A stretch of 39,052 nucleotides of DNA from Conidiobolus incongruus B7586 (taxonomy: Eukaryota). Below, piece by piece: positions 1 through 14,500 of this stretch (position 1 is the stretch's first letter; every line of letters starts with the position of its first letter). Where the stretch lies: positions 1 through 39,052 of the forward strand of contig JNEM01011145.1 of NCBI GenBank assembly GCA_000697335.1. The letters run 5' to 3'. The position numbers were made by a program, and so were the translations under genes. Below the pieces are notes generated by a model that saw only the letters and a program-made list of their open reading frames with translations, did no database searches and was not told the DNA's origin.

Positions 1-1814
1 GATCTGATCTAGTTCTGATAATTGACCAAATTCATCATCTTTTGGAGGGGTGATTGCTTTGGTAGCTTGTTTAGGAGGATATTTAGATGATGTAGTCCTA
101 AAGTCTAAGAGGAGCTGAACACAGTCAACATGACCCTGGATGGCAGCATATTCTAATGGGGTAGATCCCGATTCATCTAAAGGATTGGGGTGGCAACCAG
201 AGGCCAATAGTACTTCGACACATGAAGTGTGGCCCTCGCTAGCTGCATAGAAAAGAGGTGTCCAACCATGGTCCCTATCCAAGCGGTCCAAGTCAACACC
301 TTCATGTTCAGTCAAAAGCTTCGCTACTTCACTATGACCACCGCGGCAAGCTAAGTGAAGAGGACCCAAGCCATCGGGATCAAATTCGATAGGTACTTTA
401 CGATCCAAAAGTGTTTTGACAACTGAAGCATGGCCAAACTGACAAGCTAATAGCAATGCTTGCGGATAACTGGGGTGAAGATCCAATTGCTGCGATTCAT
501 AATCAAGGAAAGAGTTCACTAATTTAGGGTGACCTGAGGTGATTGTGTATAGCAAAGGAGTAAAACCTTCATGGTCAACTGCGTTAATATCTGCCTTGTG
601 CGTTAAGAGATGCTGAGCACAGTCTTCATAACCATACATTGCTATGTAATGCAGAGGGGTTCTACCATAAATATCCGGGCGATTGATCGGGCTATTTTTT
701 TCGACGGTGAGTTTGACCAAATCTAATTGACCATTGATTGCAGCTTCGTGCAGACACGTGCGGTGATTCAGATCATCAATGTAATTAAAATTAACGAGAC
801 CTGTACGAACGAGTAAATCAAGACATTCTCCAGCCCTAGATTCGGAGCAAGCTCTCCAAACTACTGGGCTGATAAAATCAATGTTATCTTTATTTGGAAT
901 GTGATGACGGCGATCTAAAACTTCCTGTACTAGAGGTGGTTGACCAGTACATAATGCTTGGTATAACTCAGCCTCAAGATCATTTGCAGGAGATGAAGTA
1001 AACTGAGATGGACTGGGTGGATTATCTTCGTCGTCATCATGGCCTTCCAGTATTTGATCTATCTCATTGAGACAAATAGTTATAGAATCGGATAATTCAG
1101 CGACAATATCTTGATTAAAACAAGGTTGTTTTTCAACTTGTAAGGCCAAATATAATTCCTTAGTTGAAGTTCTTGAGCGCTTGTCCCACTTCTTTAAAAT
1201 TTTTCTAAAACCAGTGGCATTAATTTCAACAAATTGCTATAAAATAATGTATTTAATTTAAGCGATCAATTAGCTTGAAAATATATTACTTGAAGTTTGT
1301 TCAAGTCTTGTTGAAATTGAATAAAACCACTTCTCAAAGCTCTCAGTTGACCTAAAGCAGGTGCCGATTGCTGTTTACTTGAGAGTACGCGCTTTTTATC
1401 AATAAGTGATCTAGCTCTAGCTTTAAGTTCCGACTCCTTGACTAAATAAAAGGCGTTGACCTAGTTTTGGTTTATGTATTAGTATAACGAGTAAAAATAC
1501 AAATAAGAAAATACCTTTTCTAATTCACGCTCTAGCCTAAAGAAGAAAAAAGGTTTATTTCCAGGTTCTGGTTGTTCGTTTACGGCACTTGGTTCGAGTT
1601 GGGAGGGAGGGTCGGAAGAGAGTGCATGACTAGTACTCGCAACTGTGATCAGTCCATTGGGAGAGGGAGCTACTTGACCTATTATTTTTTTCAAGCCTTT
1701 ATAATTCATATAATGGTGACTCCATTCTGGAATTGCTTGATTTTGTATTTGTTTTCCAAACTTAATCGAAATTAGATCATTAAAAGCTAAAAGTAATAAT
1801 TAAACTACCTTCAT
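1..1814 (-). CDS. PHO81: SPX + ankyrin-repeat phosphate regulator, Pho81/Nuc-2 type (3' part runs off the window start). Exons 1814-1809, 1760-1515, 1460-1290, 1236-<1
   Basis: Spliced translation MK|FGKQIQNQAIPEWSHHYMNYKGLKKII (SPX N-terminus), FFFRLERELEK|VNAFYL, QFVEINATGFRKILKKWDKRS, then ankyrin repeats (GRTPLHYIAMYG, GLGPLHLACRGGH, GWTPLFYAASEGH, GSTPLEYAAIQGH). Three GT-AG introns of 48, 54 and 53 nt. The paralogue Gde1 is less likely given the KKWDKRS...ELYL...VE.QPCFN segment. Confidence 0.85.
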
Positions 1815-2646
1815 TTTTGGTATTCAAAATAAATAATTGAGAGACTACCGAATTGTAATTTTGGTTATTAACAATTTATTATTTACTAATAACTAATCAA
1901 TTTAAATAAATATAAAATATATTATGATATTCAGTTGATGATGGATACAGATCAAAGAGTGTAAGGATTGACGAAATGTATATTGTAACACTATAAATAG
2001 TTATATCAAATCAATTAATAACTAATTAATGAAAGCAATTCTTTGTAAAAATTGATTTTTGCAAATTTGGTGTACACACAGCTTTATTATTTCATTGTTC
2101 AAATTTTAGCAATATGCTAATTACTCATACAATCTTAATCCAAGTCAAATTACCCTTTAAAATGAGTGTCATAATAACCAATCAATTGATCACATTCTCG
2201 TGTTATAAGGGACTGGCCATATTATCATCATACCAATATAGTTCAAGTCCCTGAGATTTTTTTTGAATCTACATTCCTTTAATACTAGCTATTGTATTAC
2301 ATTATTCGAATATTGAGTGGAGCAATTATCTATGATATATTCATTAAATCTAGATCAATCATCATCTCCAATTAAATTCAAAAATCTCAACTATTCAATA
2401 AAATTATATTTTAAATTATTAAGTTATCAATCACTCTTCAATTGTAAAAATTCATTTGTAATCATATAACATGGAGCACAGCTCATTTGACATGACTACG
2501 TGATGTATATGACCCAATAAACTTGAAATAGTATTGAATAATTTGATGAAAATGTATTTTGAGAACTTGAAATTACATAACTATGATTACTAGTATACTT
2601 GATTTTTATTGAATAAATTTAAGCCAATTAATTAAATTTCTTATTA

Positions 2647-2652
2647 CACGTG
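2647..2652. promoter_or_regulatory. CACGTG E-box, candidate Pho4/Nuc-1 site upstream of the Pho81-like gene
   Basis: Palindromic CACGTG about 830 bp upstream of the ATG at 1814. It is the only intergenic CACGTG I spotted by eye in the window. Confidence 0.3.
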
Positions 2653-5470
2653 TTGTATATGATCAAGCTATATGGGAAGAAATAGCAATCACAATTTAGA
2701 AACTGATTTTTATATTTGTTCTATTTGTTAGAAATTAAAGAAATATTTCATTAGCATTTTCAAATTAAATTACTATATTTGTTGAATAATAGATTAATAA
2801 CTGTGGTAAAAAATATTTTTATGAATAATCTGAAATATTGAAGAGTGTATTGATTTTCATCATTTATCTAATGATTATATTGGCCAATATGATTAAGTAC
2901 TGATTTTAAATTCTTAAGGTTAACTATAAATCATAAATAATTTAATGGTATAAATATTAAATAATAGTTTAATATTGCGAAATTGAAAATAGGGATAAAT
3001 AGGAATTATTTTAATCCTAATGCAGATTGAACATTCAATTAAATCCCATATTTGTATTTATTAGAATCAATCAATAATTGAATATAAATAATGGTATTGT
3101 AACGTATTATAAATTTATTCATACTTACATAATCGGCAAATTTTGTGTAATCCTTCCAAATATTTAAAATGTTTAGGCTATGATTCAATCTTCAATTCTT
3201 GATATTTAATTTCTTTAACTAAAAATAAACACAACCTTGGAAATGATTTGGAGTCTTCGTAGACACAAAAAAGGCGGCAATTTACACTTATCATTTAATG
3301 TAAGATAGCATGGAAATAACTCCCTTGCCTAAAGTTAACCACATAATTTCTATCTTCAGTCTCCCAACTTGGTATATAGACAATCTTTGAAATGAGTCTT
3401 TTCAAATTTCTTCATCTTTTCTTAAAATTATCTTCAATAATTTGTACCTAGCCAGTAACTTCACTGATACAAAACAAACACTTTTGAAGATATCCTCATT
3501 TGCAATTGCATCTGATTTTTCATTCTTATTCAATTTGACTTTTAATGTATATTTTAAATAATGATATGGGGCTTTGATTTCTCATTACTATTGCAATTTT
3601 GGTCATACACGATCAGCTTTCAACTTGTGGTATGAATAAACTGGCCTTCATCAGTAAAGCAAGCGTGTTCAATTTGGTTAGGGTCATTTGCTTTGACTGT
3701 TGGTTTAGAGTTACCGTCTTGCCTATATTTACTTTCAACATTGAAATTTCATACAAATCACTCTTAATTTCAAACTCAATAATATTGGCAGTAATTAGTG
3801 TCCAAACATTAAATAATTGCATTTTTTATCTGTTTCAATTGTCAAATGACAATTGTTTTTGTAATTAATTATAAGACACTTTCAAACAGTGTGCTAATCT
3901 TTGGGTTACCCCAAGATATAGTGAATGATAGACAAAGTGTTCTTCATATTTGCTAGAAACCTCCTGAAGCGGTTAAATTTTTATAAAATTCTTCATCATT
4001 AATGGGTGTGTTCATCATTGATGGTCAACACTAGATATTATACCTGGCTCTGTTATTTATTAGGTTAGTTATTGAGTTTCAAATCGAAATTCAATTATGA
4101 ATTTCCATCAAAATACATATACCCAATAGAATTATTTTGCAAGTAAAATTTATTCGAATTTGAATTGTATGGTTTGCCTAGCTGATATCGATAGATATTA
4201 TCCATATTGGCTGCAGCTCTGTAGCTGGTTCAGGAAGTTCTTGTCTGCATTATATATATTTATATATATATTTATTCATTAATTCATTTTTAAAGTAGTA
4301 ATATTATTTACATTATTCCCTTTTAGTTTTTGATAATACGGCTTTGTCAATACAATCTTCCCTTATAACCTTTTTTAATATCCTAATATTATCACATTAT
4401 TATTATTTTCAAATTTCTATTGTACATATTATTTTATGGGAATATTCATCAAGGTCCAAAACCAATCATTTTTGCGCTTTTCTAATTTTTATTAATTATA
4501 TTGATAATATTTTTCATAGAGTGAAAACCATTATTGTATTTATAAATTTAATAAATTATAATAAAAAGCTTTGAGAATTTGACTAATTAAGTTCCTTTAT
4601 ATATAACTTGAGATAAATTAGATTTTAGATGTCTAATTCAATACTAAATGCCATCAACCCAAAACTATGATATTATTGAGATCTCACTCTTCAACTATGA
4701 CATGTTGGTTATTATGATATCTAGCATATTTTGAAATCATCGCCATGTTAAATTGGATCTTTTGTTCAAATATGAGTATAAACAGATTACGATTTTATTA
4801 AGTAAAAAATTTTTGAATCAATTAAATTATCAATTAATACGAAATATACATTATTAATACCAAAATAACAATCTAGTTAAATATAACCCATTTGATTGGC
4901 ACCATATTTGATTGGGGATGATTATTGAAATATCATGTTTAAAATATTTATCAAATTGTAAATGAAATAACAGGTCTAAAAGGCTATTTTATAGACATCA
5001 ATGAATGTGATTTTTATCAATGTATTAACTGTCTGAAAACATAATATTTATAATAATAGTATAATGCAAAAAAATCACTTCAATCATAAAAAAGTTGTAC
5101 AATACGCGTATTTAATAACATTATTATCTTTATTCGAGTTATAATAATTCAGAATATAATTGTAATTCAATTTATATCTTTCAATTTCATTGAATACATT
5201 TTCATTATTAATTCATTGAATATTAAATATTCATTAATTGCCACGTCAAACCATTCAAATTTAGTAGGTACAATTATTGACTCAAAATAGCAATACTCCT
5301 AATTGTCAACTAAATTAATATTCAATCAATTGAAACATATTACTCTTTATTAAATTATCATCTATAAAATTATTATATTCAAAATTATAATATAAAATTC
5401 AACTATTATTATATATAATATTTAATGATTATTATAAAATATATCATATAATAATTAATATTTTAAAATT

Positions 5471-8400
5471 ATGACTTCATCAGAACATAATAATCAAGCG
5501 AACAATACAAATGAAAATGTTCAGACGGTTTCAACTCAACCCACAGTACAAAATACAGAAGACGATGTTGAAAACTTTTTAAAAAACTTGGATAATTTGG
5601 AACCGGAAGTGTCTCAAGACCCTACGTTACCCACTCCCGAATTGAGCATGGCTACTTCGATGATGTCGAGTGATAGAGAAGAGTTGGAAGAAAGTGTCAA
5701 TTTAGATAGTATTCCAGACTTTGAAATACCTCATACCGAAGTGGAAGAAGATTTAAATCCTCGTTCTGTAGATGAACAGGATGTTGATATTCTAGCAGAC
5801 CGTTCATTACCTCATTTCGAAAGTATCGACTCTGCCGAAGCTCATGACGTTAGAACTCCCGAGCAGCAGGAGTTAAGCTTTGAAGGAGACCCTCCTGAAC
5901 TCTCTCCGAACCAACAAGACACCAGTCATCTTGATCCATTGTCACTAAAATCACACTCTTTGTCTCCTGAAAATTTACAAATTACTTCAAATGTAGAAAT
6001 ATCTAATACTGCTGAAGAATCCAAAGATAAAGAAGAAATAGAGCTAAGTCACGAAGAAGCAGATACCACTTCTCCTAAGTCAGAAGCATCAATTCCTACC
6101 GAAGCTGAAACAAAAGGCGAAGCCATCGAAGAAACAGTACCAGCTTCAATTGAAGACCAAACGAAGACAGAAAAAAAAGAGCTCACTCCCAAAGATAGCT
6201 CACCAGCTCAAGTTGCTTCCAATGTAGACAGTTTGTTTGAAACGACGCAAGATCTCGATTCCTTTTTCAACCAACCTTACACCTCCACAGATCCTTCCGC
6301 CAGTTTCTTCGATTCTTTTGCACCTCAAAACACCACTGATGCATTCAACCAATCTTCAGGCGCTCTAGAATACGACTCTAGCCATACTCAAATCAATTAC
6401 ACTCAACAAGCTACTGATAGAGAGGCTTATGATCCTAGCGCGAATCAAGAACATTATGATCAGTATGGCCAATACGACCAAAGCTATGCTCAATACAACC
6501 CCAATTCCTACTACAATCCCAATCAGCAAACTTCCAACGACCCTAATACTTATTCAAATGGAGCAGATCCATCTTCTGGATATGACTACAATCAATACTA
6601 TTCTGAACAAGGCTATGATCCCAATGCTTATTACGACCAAGACTATGATCCTAATGCTTATTATGATCCCAACGCATACTACGACCCCAATAATCCTCAG
6701 AGTTATGACCCAAATGCTTATTACGACCCCGATAATCCACAGGTATATGATCCTAATGCCTATTACGATCCCAATACTCAGCAACCATACGATCCAAACG
6801 CTTACTATAACCAAGGCACTTATGATCCAAATGCTTATTATGGTGACGATCCCCAACAAGCCCAAGGCCAAGATGGCTATTACAATCAATCTGAGCAAGC
6901 CAATTACCAATCCCAAAATCCTCAATTGGCATATGCTACTGAAACACAATATTACACTCAAACCAATGGTTTAGAATACGATTCTCAAACAGCCTACCAA
7001 GATCAACTGAGTCAATATGCTGATAATCCCAATCTCACCCCGCGCATTACTAGTAGTGAGCCTAAAGATTACTTTAACCAAATCAGCCAAACTCCTATCG
7101 ACCAATTTAACCGAAATGATAGCCAGTATGCTACCGATCTTTCTGAATCAGCTACTAAAGCACCTCAAGGTACTCCTTTATATTACATATCAAAACCAAT
7201 AACCTTATCAGTTTTAGATTATGGAGCTCCTCCTACGCTTCCTTTAGGCCAAATGAATGATGATCCAGGTAATTCTGCAAAATTTTTCATCAATATAATT
7301 ACTGAAATCTGTGTTAGCAACTCTGTCAGTTGATCAATCTAACGACACTCCTGCAGTTCTTTCACCTGGATTAGATCACAGTCAAAATTCTTCATATCCC
7401 TACCAAGAGTATAATGCTACTACTGATGGCAGGAAAGAAATTGATGAGTCTCATTATTCAGAAGGTCAAGATGCTTCCGCCACCATTACTTCAGTAGTCT
7501 CTGAACAAAACGCTGGATCGCCTTTTATTCCAACCAGTATCACTTCTCCTTCTGCTCCCATTATTAGTCAATATTCTAGCTATGATGGTTACACGTCAGC
7601 TCAAATTGTTAGTGGTTATGATACCAATTTTAGAGAAATCCAAGCTTCTTATGGCTACAATGTAAACGTTTTACAATTTTGACTTCTCCTTAACTAACTT
7701 TCTTTTAGCCCCCTCCTGTCTCAGATGTGGACTATTCATCGATTATTCCTAATATGGAACCCGAGGAAATCGACATTCGCGCTAAACGTCAGCCTTATCC
7801 TATAGTTGCATTTGGATTTGGAGGTAAATTAATCACCAGCTTTTATCGCAAGGTTCAGATGTATTCCAACGATACGATGGTTGAAAATGCAACTCTTGGC
7901 GAAGTTCGAGTAGGTGATCTCAAGTCCCATTTGCCTCCAATTGATTCCTCGTTCAATGGACCTCTTTGGACCGGTAAATCAAAACATCACAAGAAGATCG
8001 GGTCTCAAATTGTGGAGTTTATTCAATCCTACTTGAATCTATCTAATCAGGGAGGTGTGTTCTCCGCGGAGGAGGAAGAGCATCGCGACTCTAGGAATGT
8101 TTTTCTCAAATTATTAATGACAATGATTGAAACCCAAGGCAAACTGTTTGGAGATGACGCTGCTGAAGCCAAGTTACAAGCTTTATTCGAAAATAAATTG
8201 GCATCACCTCCTACTCAACCTGACTCAATGGACTCTCCTACTAAAGCTCCTAATGATTCATGTCTTCCTGAAGTATGTCGTCTACTTCAAAATGGTTCAC
8301 GTGCTGATGCCTCCAAACTTGCAGCTGATAATGGCCATTGGGCCCACGCTCTCATCATTTCCAGCTGTGCTGGTAAAGAAGTGTGGCAGGAAACTGTCAG

Positions 8401-10101
8401 AAAGTTCATCCAGCAAGAACTTAAGTCCTCAAGAAATATCGTTCAACCCGATGCACTTGGAGCTTTGTACGGACTCTTCGCAGGTCTCGGTAAACAAGCG
8501 ATCAAAGACATGTTCCCTATATCAGAAACTTCTACCTCACCTCCTTGGAAAGATGTTCTCAGAATGATTTGTGCAAATCGTACACCCGGTGATCTTGTCG
8601 CAATCGTGACACTTGGCGATCAACTATTAGCTAAAGGCAATATTTATGGAGCACATGTATGTTATCTCTTATCATCTCCCACAGCTGTCTTGGGAGGTGT
8701 CGATACACCATCAGTCCGTTGGATCTTAGCAGGTAGTCCCATCTTTCCCTTACACTTTAAAGATTGGGAATCCTTGAGATGGACTGAAATCATTGAATTT
8801 GCTCAAAGTTTAACTGGGGGTACTCCCGGGTTACCACATTTACAAAGCTATAAAATTAATTACGCTTGGCATCTATTAGATTACGGTGAAATTGACGCAG
8901 CTGCAAGGTAACTAACTATATTCTTATATGATTGTATGACTTATTGTTGGTTTAGCTATTGTGAAGCAGTGATTAATATTGTCAAGGGATATACTAAGGG
9001 ATCATCACATTTTCACTCTTCTTTAATGAAACAAGTTAACTTTTTGTCCGATCGTATCGCTAAGTGTGGTGGTAGTAAAGGGTAAGCTATTAGTATAATT
9101 ATTTTATGTATATCATTGCTTATAATGATAAAATTAGAGCTGCTTCTGAATTCGGCACAGCTTGGCTCACTGGTAAATTGGCTACACCCTCTTTCGATTC
9201 TTTAATGAGTGCTGTGGATCGTCGCCTTAATCAATTAATTACTGGGGATGACGATTACAATTCTAATAATAAGAATTCCGAGATTAAAGAACTCAAGCCT
9301 GGACCAACTGTATTCAACTATGGTGCTAGTTCAACTGGTGCTAGTACACCTTATGGTAGCAGCTCTGGCTACTTACACAGCCATCACGTTCAAAGCGCCG
9401 GTGTATTGAGCTCACCATTCGGTCATCACTCTCTTGGAGATCAGGATTCTGTACCTTTTATTAATTTGGATCAACAGTTTGTTCCTCAAACATCTACCCC
9501 TGCTCAAGGTTCTCCAAGCAAGCCTCCTCCACCTACAATCAACGCTATGGATGAAGATGATGACCTTGGCTTTGGTAATAAATCCCTCAAGAAGAAGGCA
9601 GAAACTCCACACACACACCAGAGCACCTCAAGTGAGGGCACCATCAAAGCACCCCAAGAAGAGAAACCTGCTGAGCACTCCCGCTCCAAGAGCAGTGGTG
9701 GCTCTATGTTTGGCTCCTTATTCAAAGTTTTCTCATTTGGCAGCAATAGCTCTGATGGCACCTCGCCCGGCCGCGTGAAAGCCAACCTTGGAGAAGAATC
9801 CAGCTTTTACTATGACGAGAAGGAGAAGCGCTGGATCAATAAAAATGCGCCGCCTTCCGAATCTGCGCCAACTCCCCCGCCACCACCTCCTAAGAGCTCG
9901 ACATCCAGTTTGGGCCCCCCTATGCCATCCATGGATCGAGCACTCCCTATGTCGCATTCCACTCCAGCTACTACTGGAAATTCCCCACATACTTCGTCAC
10001 CTCCTTCCGGAGTGAGCACACCCGGAGGTCCTCCTACCACTGGCAGGAGAGGTGGTCGCAAAGCTTTAAAGAATCGCTACGTCGACGTCATGAACAGTTA
10101 A
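5471..10101 (+). CDS. SEC16: COPII coat assembly protein Sec16, about 1476 aa. Exons 5471-7268, 7318-7661, 7709-8907, 8956-9081, 9138-10101
   Basis: Acidic disordered N-terminus; central conserved domain ([82 protein letters not shown]); C-terminal [22 protein letters not shown], poly-Pro and RYVDVM motifs. Four in-phase GT-AG introns (49, 47, 48, 56 nt) join the ORFs. Confidence 0.93.
6614..6841 (+). repeat. Coding tandem repeat (YDPNAYY x7 plus YDPNN/YDPDN/YDPNT variants) in the Sec16 N-terminal region
   Basis: Visible in the translation; DNA unit TAYGAYCCNAAYGCNTAYTAY with synonymous variation between copies. Confidence 0.9.
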
Positions 10102-11509
10102 TTTTGATTTTTTTACAATATTTTAAGAACAATAACTACATTTTGAAAAATTAAAACTTTCTGTTAAACATTATTCTATTTATCTATATTTGAACTACTT
10201 TCACTGGTATAGAGACTATTTATCAATTTGTTTGGTATTTAATAAAACCTTATAAATGAGCAAATGATTTTGATTGGTCTCTTTCAGATAATAGGTCAAG
10301 ACAATTTTCAAATTTTCCACAAATACTGATCTCAATGAAAAAATCATTAGCATATAAAAAGGATATTAAAGTAGATATATTATATCGGGCAAATTCAATT
10401 CACTGTATTCATTAAAATATTATTAAAAATCTTGAGATATTTATAAACATTAAAAATCAACAGTAAATTGTACAATTTTTTGTATTTTAAAATATATTTT
10501 ATCTAGATAAGATTTAAATCTAATTTAATCCATTATATAAAACAAACTCTCAACACTGAAATGTTACAAATTTTCAATTGAAGATTGCTATATATATTAT
10601 TTTTGTATGTGTTAATAAATTATTTTGATTTGAATAAATAATAATTGGAAAATGATAACGATTTAATCAATTACCTGGTTAATTTTGACGAATGGATAAA
10701 AGTAATAAAAAGGTCAGCATTTATATATAGAAATTAGTAATGGAAGGTTATTGTTGAAAATGAAACTAACTCTTTGTAAATATTATATTAGTAAATATAT
10801 ATTCAATTATGGTAACCAGACTGGTATAATTACTGGAAATACTTTCATGAAATTGTATTGTCAGTATATTATAAAAAAATATTTGATAACCGAGTTTATA
10901 TTATTATAAGATAAATGTGATTACAATATTAAATTAATTCATTAATAAAATTGAGAATTTGGTGAATTTTATCTGATTGTTTTTTAGCTTTTGATCAAAA
11001 TCTAATATTTATCTGGAAATTTTTTTAGTTATTATTATTATTTTACAATATCAAGTTAATTATAAAACTTCAAATACTTAATATATTGAATCTTCGCATT
11101 TGTAAAAATTATAAATATCATAATTTTTATTCCAAAAGTTTATGTAATATTTTATTGAAACAAAGCTATATCAAATATAATATTTGTTCATATATATATG
11201 ACAATTAAAAAGCTATAATAACCTTTGAAGAATATTTTGATTTTATTTACAATAAGAAAAAAGAAAAAATTTGGAAAATTATATGTAAAATGAAAATTTT
11301 TTTAAATTTATTTATAATATCAAAGATTATAATTTTTATAATATATATAATTGGTAATAATTGGTTGAAATATAATTAAATATATTAGCAATGGATTTTC
11401 AATTGAATTTTTTGAATATTAGTCATTATTCAACTATTAAGAGAATTATAAAACTTCAACTCATTTAAATAATTAAGCTTATTAAAAATTATGAAAATCA
11501 TTTGAATAA

Positions 11510-14500
11510 TTATTCATCAAAGTTGGTATCAACCAAATCTTCTGGATTGATGGTTTCTTCGGTCTGCATATAATCACCATTTTCAATCATATCATAAACA
11601 ATTTTACCCATTTCAATTACATCTTTAACTAATTTGGTAGTTTCAGCCTTATTATTAAGGGATCTTCCAGTGGGATAACGTTCATCTAACACTAAGCTAA
11701 GCTGACCGTCTGGTTGGTTCTCTTGAAGCAATTTGAGGCTGTGAGCGAATTCTGGCACTTGAGAAAATAATTCGGGACGGCAGAATACGTACAATCCAAG
11801 TCGAGCTCTTGATAAAGCAGTAGTCCATCTGCGCAAGTCTCTAATATAACCAACACGATTGGTTCTTACCAAGGATAATAGGATGTAGTCGTTCTGTTCG
11901 CCTTGGTAACCATCAACAGTGGCCACAATAGGGAAAGGTTTGAAGAAGTCACTCCAACCACAACGTTTCTCCAAAACATCCTGGATCAGGGCCTTCTGGC
12001 CAGCATAGGTGGTTAAAATCGTAATTTTATCTGAGGGATATCCAAGTAGACGCATGTATTGATACATACTAACGACATATTCTGCCTCTCCAAGGTTTTG
12101 GTAAAAATATGGTTGAGGTTGAGTTTCTCCTTTACCTTGATAATCTTGAACATTGACTACTTGGAATATGTGAGTCAAGCCGGCATTACTGATCAAATAT
12201 TCGGGATTCTCTTGAACTGAAGGTAGATCCTGTAGAGAGGGATATCTCATACGATATAGATCCGCCAATTTTGGACGAGCTCTGCCTTGACGGTCGAGAA
12301 CAACCTTTTCGACACCGAGTTGAATAAGGCGATCAAACATACTGCACTCCATATTACCAAATTTTTGAAAAGCGAGACCTTTAACGATAGGTGGCAACTG
12401 AGCATGATCTCCCAGTAATATAACTCTTTGGACTTGGTTAGCTGTTTGGTCATCATCCAAGGTATTAGAGGATGTCTGAAGTAATAAAGGTATAGCAGTT
12501 TCGATCTCCAGAATCTGTCCTGCTTCTTCCATCACAACAGTATTATATTTGAAGCCAAGGCGAATAAGCTCCTGACGCTTAAGTGCAGCGTGAGTACATG
12601 TCATGGCCACAATACGAGCACAATTTGTGAGAAGGTAATTTGCACGATCATAAGAATTTCTCAATAACTCTAGTGGACGAAGAGCGAAAAGATCATCATA
12701 AATGGTTTTTAAATAACTATAACATCCTTGAACAACTTCTTTCAGCTCATCTATATTGCCATTATCTTTAAAGAGGGGCTGAGGAGCATCAGCGAAAAAG
12801 TTGGTAAATGGAAACTTATTGACGATATGATTTCGAATAGATTCATTATTGCCATCATCAGATTCCATTAATTTGTCAAGAGTCTCAGTATATTCAGTCC
12901 ATAAGGAGAACACATGTTGATCAAAGAAATAAAGAGAAGTTTCACAAGTATCGGAATGATTTGCTCCATGAAGACCAAGTGAGGTGACTAACTTTTCGGT
13001 TTCTTGGAGTAGAGCGAGACGCTTCTCTAAAAATGAATCCAAGCGGCCATATTTGCCAAATTGAGCACCACCCAATAATTCGTCAGTACCATGGCCCAAT
13101 CTTAATAAATGGTTATCATCAATATCCAAAGATTTAATCTTTTCAAACAATCTATTTAATGCATGATTACTATGTGTCACCAATAGAATTCGTTGATCTG
13201 GATAATTATGATATAGATTGGAGATAATTTGTACGGCTACATCTGTTTTACCAGTTCCAGGAGGACCTACAACCATAGTCAAACCTGGATTGCAACCAGA
13301 TCGAATAGCTTCCACCTGGGTAGGAGTAAATCTGATCGAGTTAAGCTTCGGTTGATTTTGAGTATAAGGACCCATGTTAGGGAGTTTATAAGATGTTACA
13401 TTTACTGTAGTTTGAATGGATGATTTGGATGTCTTCTTTCTCTTATTGGATTTGGTAATAAATTCTAAGCGGAAAGGAGGCTGTAATTGATTTAAATCTT
13501 CATCAGATTGAATTAAAAACTGATCCTCTGGGAAACTATCTTTTAAGTGGTTCACATCTAAGAATGTATCTCGAAAATCGATATTCTCACTTTCTTCTTG
13601 TAATAAATAACTGTAGTGCAACGATTTTGGGTCGTCATAACCGAGCAGACCACCTTTGAGCCATTCTGGAATGGACGAATCTCCGGCATCAATCAAGTCT
13701 CTAATTGTTTCGAGTACTGATTTGAATTGATTTTCTCTTGGATTGCGTCTTATAAGAAGGTTAAAATTAGTGTAAATATCAGACATTAAATTCTGTTGAA
13801 TAAGTTTAGTGTCTTCAGAATATTGATTAGGATCGAGATGGATACGTAATGAAAGGTAACGACCATCCTGAGTAGGGAATATTTGATTTGGAGATTGAAT
13901 TTGATAGGGGTCAACATTTTTTCCTTCTGGTCCTACTAGTTGAACAATCTCACATCCGCGAATATATTTAATACCATATGGAAGTTGGTTAGTTTCGTTT
14001 GATTCAGAGTTGATATTCTTAGCATCAATTAAAACCAAAAAGAGTGTGTCATAAGGCTTCAAACTAAGCCATTCCATCTGATGTTTTTCATTTAATTTAC
14101 TTAAATCAATGGTAATTTCTGCCATTACTTCGGAAGGTACGGTTTGACCCAATCTAGGCTTGGATACTTTGACAATCTGCATACCTTGAATTCTAATACC
14201 CATTCTTGCCCATCCCATAAATTCAGTAGAGCCACCTCGAGTGGAAACATAAGTAGGGTTCAAACGGCGTAAAACATCTTCAATATCTTGCCAAATACTA
14301 TATAAACTTTCATATTGATATAGGAAAAAATTTCTATAAAAATAGTCGAATATAGATAAGAATTCGGATCCAAGTTTGGGGATTGAAATAGTTTGGACAC
14401 CATTATATAATTGAGCTTGAAGCAATTTGGGATCAAAAAGTGTGACTTCAGTTGGATAGAGAGGTGTAGAATGGAGAGTTTCAATGGGGTTGATTGGTCT

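Noticed and set aside
6429..7202. Alternate-frame and antisense ORFs over Sec16 exon 1 (6429-6974, 6554-6961, 7017-7202)
   Set aside because: By-products of the YDPNAY repeat and codon bias; no independent protein features.
8127..10061. Several overlapping ORFs in the 3' half of Sec16
   Set aside because: Shadows of GC-richer Pro/Ser-coding sequence, which has few off-frame stops.
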